Below, in pieces: positions 1-11,067 of a stretch of 64,000 nt of DNA. The stretch spans positions 124,001 to 188,000 of the forward strand of contig JABVCE010000034.1 in NCBI GenBank assembly GCA_014905635.1, given 5' to 3'. The notes under the pieces are model-generated. The model had not been told where the DNA came from, searched no databases, and was given only the letters and a program-made list of their open reading frames with translations. Numbering within the stretch: position 1 is the stretch's first letter; each line of letters starts with the position of its first letter. The stretch is from Scenedesmus sp. PABB004 (Eukaryota). The position numbers and the translations under genes are program-made.

Positions 1-124
1 CCAGCGAGCGGCAGAGCGCGAAGCTGCGCGCGCGCGGGCGTCGGTGGCGGGCGGCGCGCGCCGCGGCGGCGGCAGCGCGGCGCGGCGCGGTGCACCCACC
101 CGCTGATTGTGTAGCAGTGCGCAG

Positions 125-492
125 CGCCGACGGTGGTCAGCTCGCGGAAGCTGCTGCTCGCCTGCAGCCCCGGCCACGCCCAGGGCCGCGCAGCGCCGCC
201 GCGCTTGGCCGGCAGCGACCGCGCCACGCGCCGCTCGCCGCCGCCGGCGCCGGCGCCGGCATCGGCGGCGGCGGGGCCGCCTGGCGCCGGCGCAGGCGCG
301 GGCGCCGCGGGCTGCACGGGCGCCGGCGGCGTCGCGGGCTGCTCCGCGGGCGGCGGCGCCGCCGCCGCGGGCTGCTGCTCCTCGGACTGCTCCTCCGCCG
401 GCGGCGGCGGTGCGGGTGACCCGTCCTCGGCGGCCTGCTCCATGCTGCGGCCGACTGACGGCGCGCTGACCGAGCGCGGTCAACTCCGCTGA
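125..492 (+). CDS. Probable last exon of a gene starting upstream of the window; unknown product, Ala/Gly/Cys-rich tail
   Basis: Branch-like GCTGAT near 103, then candidate AG acceptors (114/117/124) and an open frame (VVSSRKLLLACSPGH...CSMLRPTDGALTERGQLR) to TGA 490-492. Confidence 0.4.
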
Positions 493-965
493 CCAGGCGC
501 GCTGGCCCCGCCCTGCGGCCTGGAGTGCGCGTGAGCTTGCTGGGGTGCACGTCCACACGCCGGGGGGCTGCGGAAGCGAGGGCGGACGACAGCAACAGAC
601 GCGCCGCCGCTGTACCCCGCCTGCCTTTGGCGCTGGCCCGCGGGCTGCGCCTCGCCCCAGCCCGGCACCCCAGACCAGCTCGTTTCAGCTTACGGCGCTC
701 CAGCAGCGCCCGCGGAGCCCCTTTCCCGCCGGCACCAGCTTCACTCTGCATTCGCGGCCAGCCAGCCGCGCGCCCGGGGTCGGGCAGCTCGTCCAAGCAG
801 CTCTCGCGAGCTCATCGCCCCGCGCAGCAGCTCCGGGGCAGCGCGGCGCAGCTCCGGCGCGCCGGCAGCGGCCGGGCCAGGGCGGCCAGCGCAGCAGCAG
901 CGGGCGGGACGCGCGGCCGCCACCCCCCCCCCCGCGGGCGCCTGCGCGGGCCAGTGCGGAACGCC

Positions 966-1842
966 ATGGTCTACTGGGGCTGCTCCACGCCGCGCAACCG
1001 CTGCGCCTGGGGGCTCTTCGCGCTCGCGGCGGCGGCGGGCGGGCTGCTGCTGATCGCGGGCGGCGCCAAGCTCGACGTCTGCGCCAGCCTGCCCGTCCGC
1101 GTCCACGCCGCGGGAGCGTGCGCGGTGGGCCCAGTGGCCATGATGGTCATCGGCGGCTTCGTGCTCCTCGGCACGCTCCCCAGCCTGCTCTTCTTCAGCG
1201 GCTGCGCGCGCGGCCCGCCGGCGCCGCACGACCCCCGCCAGGCGCGCGCCGCGGCGCGGCGCCGGCGCCGCAGCTTGCCGGCGCGCTGCGCGGCGCGCGC
1301 CGCGCCATGCCCCGCGCGCCGCCGCTGCGCGGCCGGCCGCGCCTGACGCCCCCCCCCCCCCCCCCCCCCCCCCCGCCCGCGCGGCGTAGGGCGTGCCCGC
1401 GTCGGGCATCACCGTCGTGCGCCGCACGCCCGGCGGGCCGCAGGTCTATCAGTATGACGCGGCGGGCAAGCTGGTCGCCGCGCCCGACTGCGCGCGCGCG
1501 GGGCGCCGGGCCGACTACGTGCTGGACGGGCACGGCCCCAAGGCCCCGCCCGCGCTGCACCTCGCGCCGGGCGGGAAGGGCGGGCCCGGCGGCGACAAGC
1601 AGCACGCGCCCGGCTTGCCCGGCTCGCCGCGCGGCGGCGGCGTGCCGCGGCTCTACGGCAGCGACAGCGGCGAGCCCGCGGCGACGGGCGAGGTCATCGT
1701 GCGGCTCGGCCCGCTCACCGCGGGGCGGCCCGCCGCCGCGCAGCTCTTCGTGGCGGCGCAGCCGCCGCCGGGGCAGGCGCAAGCGCAGGCGCAGCAGCAG
1801 CAGCGCGGGCAGCAGCCGCCGCCGCCGGCGGAGGGCAAGTGA
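966..1842 (+). CDS. Small membrane protein with two hydrophobic segments and a Pro/Gly/Gln-rich tail; 2 exons
   Basis: ATG 966 (MVYWGCSTPRNRCAWGLFALAAAAGGLLLIAGG...VAMMVIGGFVLLGTLPSLLFF). GC-AG intron ~1242-1389 joins in frame to GVPASGITVVRR...EGK*. Confidence 0.6.
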
Positions 1843-2795
1843 CGCGCGGGCGCTGGTCGGCAGGTGAGGGCAACCGAGGTCGAGGCACAGGCGCCGTTGG
1901 TTCCAGCGGCCCGCGGGGGCCTCGCTCGCTCCAGCGCGCCCGCGTCTCAGCGAGCACCACGCGCGCGTCCTGCCAAGGCAGGCCAAGCAATCCGAGGCCC
2001 GGGCAGCTCCGAGGGGAGCTCCCCGTCACCGACCCCTCCCTCCTCCGACCCCTCCCTCGGCGCTCAGGCCGGCCGCGCTCGGACAGATTGGAGTGTCAGA
2101 GGCGCGCAGACCGACGCAGGGATCGTCGCCGCCGGCCCGCCGTTCTCCGAGAGTCGCGCCCCGCTTGGGCGCTGCTGCGGCAGGCACGTGCACGCGAGCC
2201 GCAGCGCGACACTGCGCGCGCGTTCAAGTCCAACCAAAAACAGACGCGCGACCGACCGGCCGTGGGCTAGTCGGCCGCGCACAAGCTCTTCGCGGCGGCG
2301 CGCGCGCACGTGCGCGCGTGCGCTCGCCTTGGGTGGGCGGTGCGGTGCGGGCGGCCGCCAGCCGGCCCTGCCGTGCAGCGCGCGCGCAGGGCGCCTGCCG
2401 AGCGAGGCCGGCCGCGCGGCCGACCGACCGGGCGGCGCGGCGGCGCGCGGCCCCGACCGTGGGGCGCGCGCCGCCGCGCGCGAGGAAGCGGCGTGTCGCA
2501 TGTGCACGAGGCGTGGCGGCGCGGTGCAAAAAGTGAGACTAGTGTGTGTGTGTTTTGTTGGGTGCGCCCCCTGACCTGATGGAAAGCAGTGACCGGCAAG
2601 CCCCGACCTGCAAGCAAACGCAGCAAACGCAGTCGACCGGCGGCCCGAGCCGCCCTCCCGCCCGAGGTACTAGTGGTACAGGTGCCGCTGCGCCCCCGTC
2701 ACTCGCGGCGCCCGCGCGGCGCCCCTCACTCCCGAGCCGTCGCCCGCGCGGCAGCTGGCAGCCAGCACGCCGCGCGGCGGCAGCGCGCCGCGCGC

Positions 2796-3710
2796 TCAGC
2801 GGCCGCCCTGGCCGCGGCCGAGCAGCGCCAGCTCCTCCTCGTCCGCGAAGCGGGGGCGGTACGACTCGATGCTGCTCACACGGCCGAGCGCGTCGAAGCA
2901 AAACTTGTCGAGCCCCGCGACGCTCGACACGGCGCCCGTCGCGGGCGCGCCGTCGGCGCCCGGCAGCAGGTGCGCCGCGGTCGCGGTGTAGTGCGCGACC
3001 GCCACGCGGCTGCGCTCGTCCACGGCGACGCGCTCCTGCGGGCGGGGGCGGGCGGGGCGCGGGGCGCGGCGCGGGGTGAGGCGCGGCGAGTCGGCGGCGC
3101 GGTGTGCTGCGCTGTGCCGCGCAGCGCTGCGCCGTGCCGCGCAGCGCTGCGCCGCGCTGCGCTGCGCTGCGCCGCGCCGCGCTGCGCCGCGCCGCGCTGT
3201 GCCGCGCTGCGCTGTGTCACGCCGCGCTGCTGTGTCGCGCCTCACCAGCTCAAAGCGCAGCAGCGGGTGGCCGGCCTGGAAGTCGGCGATCATCGCGCGC
3301 AGGCTCCCGCGCCCGAAGAGGTCAAGGTCGTCGACAGCCCACAGCACGTCGCTGTGGACGACGCCGGGCGTGACGAGGCCCTCCAGCAGCTCCAGTGCGC
3401 CGTCGTTCCAGACGTCCTCGTAGTAGGCGGCCACGGCGCGCTCGAGGCCCTCCCGCGCGCCCGCCAGGCGCGGGTGCCACGCCGGCGGCGCCCAGGCGGC
3501 GCTCGTGGCGGCGGCCACGTCGGCGGGGTCGAATATCGGCGCCGCTAGGTGGCCGCCCGCGGCGGCGCGGCACGGGCGCCCAACGCGCCGGGCCGCCCGC
3601 CCCTGGGCGGCAGCAGCATGGGCGCCGCGGGGCGCGGCCAGGGCCCGGCCGCTGCCGCTGGGCACGCAGGGCTGCCGGGTCGCCGCATGGAAGGCACCTC
3701 CCGCGAGCAT
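2796..3710 (-). CDS. SnoaL-like / NTF2-fold (ester cyclase-like) protein with probable organellar transit peptide; 2 exons
   Basis: AVAAYYEDVWNDGALELLEGLVTPGVVHSD...GRGSLRAMIADFQAGHPLLRFEL | ERVAVDERSRVAVAHYTATA...SVAGLDKFCFDALGRVSSIESY matches the SnoaL pattern. GT-AG intron ~3243-3036. Confidence 0.75.
   Translation of the reverse strand: MLAGGAFHAATRQPCVPSGSGRALAAPRGAHAAAAQGRAARRVGRPCRAAAGGHLAAPIFDPADVAAATSAAWAPPAWHPRLAGAREGLERAVAAYYEDVWNDGALELLEGLVTPGVVHSDVLWAVDDLDLFGRGSLRAMIADFQAGHPLLRFELVRRDTAARRDTAQRGTARRGAARRGAAQRSAAQRCAARRSAARHSAAHRAADSPRLTPRRAPRPARPRPQERVAVDERSRVAVAHYTATAAHLLPGADGAPATGAVSSVAGLDKFCFDALGRVSSIESYRPRFADEEELALLGRGQGGR
3104..3240. repeat. Degenerate pentanucleotide (GCGCT/GCGCC/GTGCC) tandem array in the SnoaL intron
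   Basis: Directly visible 5-nt periodicity. Confidence 0.8.
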
Positions 3711-3937
3711 GGCGCGCGCACGCGAGGGGGCGAGGCGACAGCCGAGGCAGCACCGCCCAAGTTCAGCGCACGGCGTGCGTGCGGCGCCGCCCGCCCGCGT
3801 GTCGCGCGTGGGCGTCACGGGCGCGCGATGGGGCGCGGCAGTGCGCGTTCCGGGACGGAAACGGGCGCGCGCGGCCGGCGAGCAGCAGGCGCGCTGCGGG
3901 TGCGCTGCCCGCGTGTGGGTGCGGCAGGCGTGCGGAG

Positions 3938-4789
3938 TTGAGGCGCCGCGGTGGCGGCCGGCGGCCTTGGGTGTGCCCGGCGTGGGCGGGCGCGCGAGGG
4001 GTGGGCGAGTGGTAGGCGCAAGGAACCTATCCTAAAAATCCCGCACGCACACCCCGCCGGACCCGCGCCGCACGCCGGCGGCGGCGCGCCGTGCAGACCG
4101 CTGCCGCGGCGCCGGAACGCACGGCGCGGCGCGCCGCGGCAGTGCGCGCGCCGGCCGCGGAGCCCCCTCTCTGCGCGCATGCCGGCCGGCGCAGCGCGCC
4201 CGCGGCCCCCGCCCAGGGCTGGCGGCCCGGCGCGGTACGGGAGCGGCCAAAATGCCTCGCCCCGCCGCCCGCGCGTACTGGCGCGCTGCCGGGGCGCCGC
4301 CGCGGGCCGGGGACGGCCGCTGCGCGCGCTGCCGCGGGCGTGCTTGTCCCTTGTGCCGCGCTTGGCTGCTCCGCAGCTCGGGGCGCCCGGCGCGTCAGCT
4401 GTGCACCGCGTGCTCCGGCCGCCGCCGCGCTGACCGTCGGTCGGCGTGCGCCGGGGCCACGGCGGGCGCGCGCTGGTTGCACGCCCCAGCTGTCGGCGCG
4501 GCCTCCTCGGCAGCCTCGTGCGCTCATGGGGCGCACCGGGCGCCCGCTGGGAGCTCGTGCGCTCGCGGCGCCGCCCCGTCAGCAGGCAGCAGCGGTTTCG
4601 CCCCGCCCTTGCCGCCGCCGCCGCGACGCGAGCCCGCCCGAGCGCCGCCGCGCGCACAGCGCGGGGCGGGCTCGGCGCCAGTGGCCGGCCCACGCGACCA
4701 ACCGACGGCGGCGCGCGTGCCGGGGCAGGCCCATCGCGCGGCCCGCCACTGCGCGCAGCGGCGCCACGCGCCCGGCGCGGCGGCGGGCG
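3938..4789 (+). repeat. ~850 bp non-coding direct repeat, copy 1
   Basis: Near-identical to 8248-9102; starts TTGAGGCGCCGCGGTGG and contains AAGGAACCTATCCTAAAAATCCC. Confidence 0.95.
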
Positions 4790-4806
4790 GGCGTTCACGC
4801 GCATGG

Positions 4807-6656
4807 TCACCCGTCGGGCGCCGCGCTCTCGCCGTCATCGCCCGCGGCGGCCAGGAACTCCTCGATGCGCGCCACCGCGGTCGCGGGGCCCGACGCCCCC
4901 CGCATCGCCTCGCCCACCGCGGCCGCGGTCGCCGCAAACGCGGGCTCGCGCAGCACGCGCAGCGCGGCGGCCGTGATCGCGGCCGGCGGCAGGCCCGGCG
5001 TGAGGCGCAGCGCGAGGCCCATGCCCTTGTTGACCACGTGCTGTGCGTTGACAAACTGATCGCCCCCAAACGGCATGCACAGGATCGGCTTGCCCGCGGC
5101 AAAGCCCTCGTTGATGCTGTTCTGCCCGCCGTGCGACACGAAAAGCGACACGGCGCCCGGCTGGCCCAGCAGCGCGGGCTGCGGCAGCCAGTCCGACACG
5201 AGCACGCCCGCCTGCTCCGCCCAGCCGGGCGGCAGGTGCGCCGCGGCGTCGGGCTTGAGGCTCCAGATGAGCCGAGCATGCGGCAGCAGGCCGCCCAGCC
5301 CCGCCGCGAGCGTGGACACCTGGGGCGGCGACAGGCGCACCATCGTGCCAAACGCCACGTAAACGAGCGGCGTCCCGCGCCCGGCGGCGACAAAGTCGGC
5401 CACGCGCCCGGGCGGCAGCGGCGGCGGGAAGCCGGACGCGGCGCTGAAGTCGGTGCCGGTGGGCCCGACGACGTGGAAGTTTGCCGGCAGCGGGCGCGCC
5501 GTGTCGGTCGCGAACGACACGCCCGCAAGGTAGACCGCGCGCACGCCCGGCGGGGCGGCGCACACCGGCCAGTGCGCGGGCAGCGGCGGCAGGCCCAGCG
5601 CGGCGCGCTGCGCGGCGCGGCCGGGGCGGAACGCTGCGCTCGCAAAGTCGGGCATAAGGCGCTTGAGCAGCGGGTTGACCACGTGCCTGCGGCGGCACCC
5701 GCGGCGGCGGCGGCGGCGGCGGCGGCTTTGCGGCGGCCCGGCCCGCGCCGCGGCGGCGGGGTCGGCGCGCGCGGCGACTGCCCCGCGCGCGCGCGCCGCA
5801 CCGCTGCAGCGCGCTCATGCGCTCGGGCAGGCAGATGCTGAGCGACTCGTACGGCACGTGCTGGGGGCGGTTGTACGCGTCGTGCCCGGTCGCCTGCAGC
5901 ACGAAGTTGAGCGGCAGGCTGCCCATGACCACCAGCGGCGCGCCGAACTTCTCCGCGACGTCGTAGCCCGCCTGGGTGCGCGGCGTGTGGGCGGCGCGGC
6001 GCGTGGGCGGCGCGGCGTGTGGGCGGCGCGGCGCGGCGGCCGCCCAGCGCACGGCGCAGGCCCGCCGCGGGCCCGGCACCCCCCGCGCCGCCCAGCTCAC
6101 AAAGGTGATGATGTCGATGACGACGCAGTCGGGGCGCGGCAGCGACCCGCTGTCCGCGAGGTCGAGCAGGCGCGGCGCCATGTAGGTCGCGTAGCCCTCA
6201 AACGTCTCCCGCGTCGCCGCGAGCGCCTCGCGCGGCGGCGTGGAGGGGTTGAACACCGCCTCGTGCAGCGCGCGCAGCTCCTCCGCGCCGCGCGGGTCGG
6301 GGCCCAGGCCGACCCAGCGCGCGCCGGCGGCGGCGAGGCGCGGCTCGAGGCGCGGTGCGGCGTCGTCGAGCGAGGCAAAGTCGACCTCGTGCCCCGCGCC
6401 CACCAGCGCGAGCGCGACGCCCAGCAGCGGCCCGGCGTGGCCGTGGTCTGGCGAGGCGGGCGTGAGGCAAGGTGTGAGGTGTGTGTGGGCACGGGGCGCG
6501 GCGGCGGCCGCCGCCAGCGCGCAGCGGCGGCGCAGCTCCTGCCGCGCGCGGCGCGGCCCAGCCGGGCGCAGCGGACGCACCCGGCACGCTGATGAAGAGG
6601 AAGCGGCGCCTGCACCGCTGCTGCGCGCCGGCGGCGCCCTCACGCGCCGCAGACAT
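4807..6656 (-). CDS. UDP-glycosyltransferase (GT1/UGT family); 4 exons
   Basis: Spliced N-terminus FLFISVPDHGHAGP carries the catalytic His; CVVIDIITF; LVYVAFGT; PSPG-type box WLPQPALLGQPGAVSLFVSHGGQNSINEGFAAGKPILCMPFGGDQ. Confidence 0.92.
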
Positions 6657-6934
6657 CGCGCAGCAGCGGCCGCTGCCGCCGCGGCGCCGCCCGCTGCTGC
6701 CGCGCCTGACGCCGGGCCCGGCGGGAGAGCGGCGAGGCGAGGATCTCGGGACGGCCCTGGCGCACTGGCGCGAGGGTCAGGCGGCGGCGGCGCGAGGCGG
6801 CGGCGCTGGTGCGCACGGCCAGCCGGTGCGTTTGCGCGGGCTCGGCGCGACGGGTGACGAACAGCTCACTGCCAGGGCCGCCAGCGGCTGCAAGGGCGGG
6901 CTCCTGTCACAAGCGATGGCCCTGAACCCGGGGC

Positions 6935-8011
6935 TCACGCGGCGCCAAAACCGCGGCCGCGCGCCGCCGCGATGAGCGCGAGCGCGGCGTCGGCCACCGC
7001 GACCAGGCGGCGGCGCGCCGCTGATGTGCCGCAGTCGCAGTCGGCCCCCCGGGCAAGGCCCGCGACTGCCGCGCCGGCGGCGGCCGCGTCGCCCGCGGGC
7101 TCGGTCGCCGCGGCTCGCGGCCGCGGCGGCGGCGCCCCAGGGGCGCCTGGGCTGCTGCACCAGCCGGCGGGCGCCGGTGGCGACGGCGGCGCGGCGCGGC
7201 AGTCGGCGTCGGCCGCCGTCGCCCGTGACTGGTCAGGACCGGCGCAGCTGCCCTGCCCGCCTGCGCGCCGCCCGTGCGCGCCGGCGGACGCGAGGCGCAG
7301 CGCGCACGCGGCGTCGCGCTGGTGCTGCCTCAGCGCGGACTCGAGCGCCGCCACCCGCTCGCGCAGGCGCTGCGCCTCGGCGTCGGCGCGCGCCAGCCGG
7401 TCGTCCGTCGCCCGTTGGCGCCGCTCTGCCGCGGACGCGCTCGCTCGCAGCGCGTGCGCCTCCTCCTGCAGCTGCGCTACCTGCGCCAGCTGCGCCTCGC
7501 GGCGCGCCAGCTCCGCCTGCAGGCGCTGTGACGCCGCCTCCGCGGCGCTGGCGCCGTGCCGTGGCAGGGGCGAGCCGCCGCCCTCTGCCAGCGCCGCGCG
7601 CAGCTGCTGCGCGGGCGCCAGCAGCTGCGCCACGTGCCCCTGCCCAGCCGCCGCGCTGGCTTCAGCTGGTGGGCGCGCCTGCGCGGCGGTCGTGCCGGCG
7701 CGCTGGCTGCGGGCGCGGCGCTCCGCGGCGAGCGCCTCCTGCGCGCTGTGCAGCTGCTGCTGCAGCTTGCCGTTGGTGTAGCGCAGCTCGTGCGCCTCAT
7801 CGCGCGCCGCCGCGGCTGACGCCTCGGCGTCGAGCGCCCTGCGCAGCGCGCGCCACGCCTTCTTTCGCTCGCCCACCAGCTCCTCGGTAAGGCTTCTGAT
7901 CGCCAGCACGTGCGACCGCAGCTCTAGTGCCGCCTGCGACGGCCGCGCCGGAGAGCCGCACTCGCGCCGCTGCGCCCGCCCCTCCTCGCTGCCCAATCCG
8001 AGCCGCGGCAT
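6935..8011 (-). CDS. Coiled-coil protein of unknown function; may have an additional upstream exon
   Basis: Long open frame with heptad-like segments (LELRSHVLAIRSLTEELVGERKKAWR...LQAELARREAQLAQVAQLQEEAHALR). ATG at 8011 is preceded by a CAG acceptor. Confidence 0.55.
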   Translation of the reverse strand: MPRLGLGSEEGRAQRRECGSPARPSQAALELRSHVLAIRSLTEELVGERKKAWRALRRALDAEASAAAARDEAHELRYTNGKLQQQLHSAQEALAAERRARSQRAGTTAAQARPPAEASAAAGQGHVAQLLAPAQQLRAALAEGGGSPLPRHGASAAEAASQRLQAELARREAQLAQVAQLQEEAHALRASASAAERRQRATDDRLARADAEAQRLRERVAALESALRQHQRDAACALRLASAGAHGRRAGGQGSCAGPDQSRATAADADCRAAPPSPPAPAGWCSSPGAPGAPPPRPRAAATEPAGDAAAAGAAVAGLARGADCDCGTSAARRRLVAVADAALALIAAARGRGFGAA

Positions 8012-8247
8012 CTGAGCGCGGCCCCGCGGCACACATGCACGCGCTGCGGCCGTGGCAGGCTGAGCGGCGGCTGCCGACGCCGCTGCGGCGCCGCGCACTG
8101 TTGCCGGCGCGGCCGCTGCTCGCACGGTGCGGACAGCGCAGCTGAGCGCGGGCCGCCGCCTGTCCTGGCCGTGCGAGAGCAGCGGTTACGCCTCCGCAAG
8201 CCGCGGAGTGTGGGGTCGCTGAGCGACGACGGTCAGCGACGGTCAAC

Positions 8248-9102
8248 TTGAGGCGCCGCGGTGGCGGCCGGCGGCCTTGGGTGTGCCCGGCGTGGGCGGG
8301 CGCGCGCGGGGTGGGCGAGTGGTAGGCGCAAGGAACCTATCCTAAAAATCCCGCACGCACACCCCGCCGGACCCGCGCCGCACGCCGGCGGCGGCGCGCC
8401 GTGCAGACCGCTGCCGCGGCGCCGGAACGCACGGCGCGGCGCGCCGCGGCAGTGCGCGCGCCGGCCGCGGAGCCCCCTCTCTGCGCGCATGCCGGCCGGC
8501 GCAGCGCGCCCGCGGCCCCCGCCCAGGGCTGGCGGCCCGGCGCGGTACGGGAGCGGCCAAAATGCCTCGCCCCGCCGCCCGCGCGTACTGGCGCGCTGCC
8601 GGGGCGCCGCCGCCACGGGCCGGGGACGGCCGCTGCGCGCGCTGCCGCGGGCGTGCTTGTCCCTTGTGCCGCGCTTGGCTGCTCCGCAGCTCGGGGCGCC
8701 CGGCGCGTCAGCTGTGCACCGCGTGCTCCGGCCGCCGCCGCGCTGACCGTCGGTCGGCGTGCGCCGGGGCCACGGCGGGCGCGCGCTGGTTGCACGCCCC
8801 AGCTGTCGGCGCGGCCTCCTCGGCAGCCGCGTGCGCTCATGGGGCGCACCGGGCGCCCGCTGGGAGCTCGTGCGCTCGCGGCGCCGCCCCGTCAGCAGGC
8901 AGCAGCGGTTTCGCCCCGCCCTTGCCGCCGCCGCCGCGACGCGAGCCCGCCCGAGCGCCGCCGCGCGCACAGCGCGGGGCGGGCTCGGCGCCAGTGGCCG
9001 GCCCACGCGACCAACCGACGGCGGCGCGCGTGCCGGGGCAGGCCCATCGCGCGGCCCGCCACTGCGCGCAGCGGCGCCGCGCGCCCGGCGCGGCGGCGGG
9101 CG
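8248..9102 (+). repeat. ~855 bp non-coding direct repeat, copy 2
   Basis: Differs from 3938-4789 by a 3-nt insertion near 8613 and only a few substitutions. Confidence 0.95.
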
Positions 9103-9127
9103 CTCGTCGGCGGCGCGGACGATCCAG

Positions 9128-9978
9128 ATGGCGCCGGGCATGGCGCGGCATCACGCCGTCGCGGCGCTGGGCCTCGCGGCCATCGCGGCCGTCGCCCTGC
9201 GCCGCAGGCGTCGCGCGGAGCGGGACCGCGCGGCCCCTCCGACCATGCGTGCGACGGTGCACGCGTGGGCCGAGCCGTCGCCGCTGCCGGCGCTCGGCGC
9301 GGCGCCGCAAGCAGCGGCAGCGCCGCCGGCAGCGGCGCGCCTCACGGCGGCAGCGGCGGCCGCCGCGGCGGCCACCCTGCTCCTCCTCGGCGTCGCCGGC
9401 TTGCTGGTGGCGGGCCAGCAGCTGGCGCTCGCGGGCGCGCTGGCGGCGGCGTGGGCGCTCGCCGCGGGCGGCCAGGTGCTGGCGCGCCGGGACGTGCCCC
9501 TGGTCGCCCGCCGCCGCTCCGGCGGCAGCCTCGGCGAGGCGGACGCGCTGGTGGAGATCGGCGGCGGCGAGCTCGAGCTGCCGCCCAAGCTGCCCGACAT
9601 CGCCGGCACCTGGATCAAGGTGTGTGTTTGCTGCGCGCCGCGCCCGCGCGCCGCGCCGCTCCCGCGCGCTGGCGCCGCCGGGCGGGCGGGCCGCCCGCGC
9701 CGCCGCCGACGCGGCCGCGACGCGCGCGCGCGCGCGCAGGACGGCGCGGCCAGCGACAGCATGGACGCGGCGATGGGCCTGATCCGCCTCAACGGCGTCA
9801 TGCGCACCGCGGTGCGGCTCATCAAGGGCGTGCGCATCCAGCTCGATGAGGGCCACTTCGACTTTGCGGGTGCGCCGCGGACGCTGGCACGCGGGCGCCG
9901 CGCAGCGGTGGCGGTGGCGGGCCCGGTATGTCGAACGTGCGCGCGCACGCGCACCAGGCGCGCACGCGCAAGCGCCGA

Positions 9979-10020
<42 letters not shown>

Positions 10021-10394
10021 CGCAGTGTTCAGCGTCATCCGCTGGTTCACGGTGCACGAGCGCTACGCCCTCGGCGGCGCGCCCAGCCGGCTGCGGCGGC
10101 GCGACCTGCGGCGCGGTGCGGCGCGCGGCGCCGCGGCCCGACCGCCCGGCCGCGCGCCCTCGGCGGCCCCGCGCCCACCGCGCGCCGCGCGCCGCGCGCG
10201 CAGGCGGCTCGACCGGCGCCGCGCGGCTCACGCGGTGGGGCAGCGTGGTGCTGCAGTACGAGTGGGGCGCGCCGCACGCGGGGCGCGGCGTGGACGAGTT
10301 TTCGCTGGACGAGGCGGGGCGGCTGCGCGTCGCGACGACGATCACCGTCGGCGGGCAGAGCGCGAGCTACACGCAAATCTACGCCCGGCGCTGA
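9128..10394 (+). CDS. Membrane-anchored FABP/calycin-like beta-barrel protein; 4 exons
   Basis: Hydrophobic N-terminal helices, then PDIAGTWIK|DGAASDSMDAAMGLIRLNGVMRTAVRLIK (GxW plus helix-turn-helix, as in FABPs) and beta-strand-rich exons ending SYTQIYARR*. Confidence 0.6.
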
Positions 10395-11067
10395 GCGCGC
10401 GGATGGATTAGCGCAGCGAGCTGGAGAGGGGGGGGCTGCTGGCGGCGGCGGCGGTGTGGGAGACTGCGTGCGTTGGAACCGCGGACCCGTGGGGGGGGGG
10501 GGGGGGGGCGGGGAGACTGGGGCTTTTGTACCACCATCGCCGGCGGTCGCTCGATCGCGCCGCCTGTCGCTGTGCGGGGGGCGCCGCTGCTGCGCGGCTG
10601 TGAGACTCAGTTTTGCCGAGCGAGCGGAGGGCGGAGCGGAGCGCGGTGCTTGCGGTAAGAAGAGTCGCCATCCTTACACACAACTGCGCGCGCCGCAGCA
10701 GCCCCCCACCATGCAGCAGCCGCCGCCGTCGAGAGTTTGCATGCGCTACGCCGCCGCCGCACAATAGGTGCCAGCTGCCGCCGCCGGCGGGCGCTGTGCT
10801 GCCGCTGCGCCTGCAGCGGCAGCCGTGCGTGCACGCGCGCGGATCACGACCGACGCGCCGCCCCGCGCCGCCCATATGCAGCGACGCGCCGCGCGCGCCG
10901 CGCGCCCGCCCGCGTTCAATGCTCCGAGCGGGGCCGCGCGCCCGCCGCTGCGGCTGCAGCGCGCGGGCCGCGGCCCCCGGCGCGCCGCCCCGGCCCCGCC
11001 CACCTCCCGCCCCCGCCCTCTGCCGCCCTCTGCCGCGCCGCCCGCCCCCCGCCCTCTCCTGCGGTCA

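Noticed and set aside
3104..3240. CRISPR-like periodicity
   Set aside because: Simple pentamer repeat without unique spacers; eukaryotic context, no cas genes.
4020..4042. Telomere-like CCTAAA within the repeat
   Set aside because: Single imperfect unit, no TTTAGGG array.
3938..9102. LTR retrotransposon or composite transposon interpretation of the direct repeats
   Set aside because: No TG...CA ends, PBS/PPT, TSD, gag/pol or transposase; the internal genes are intron-containing host genes.
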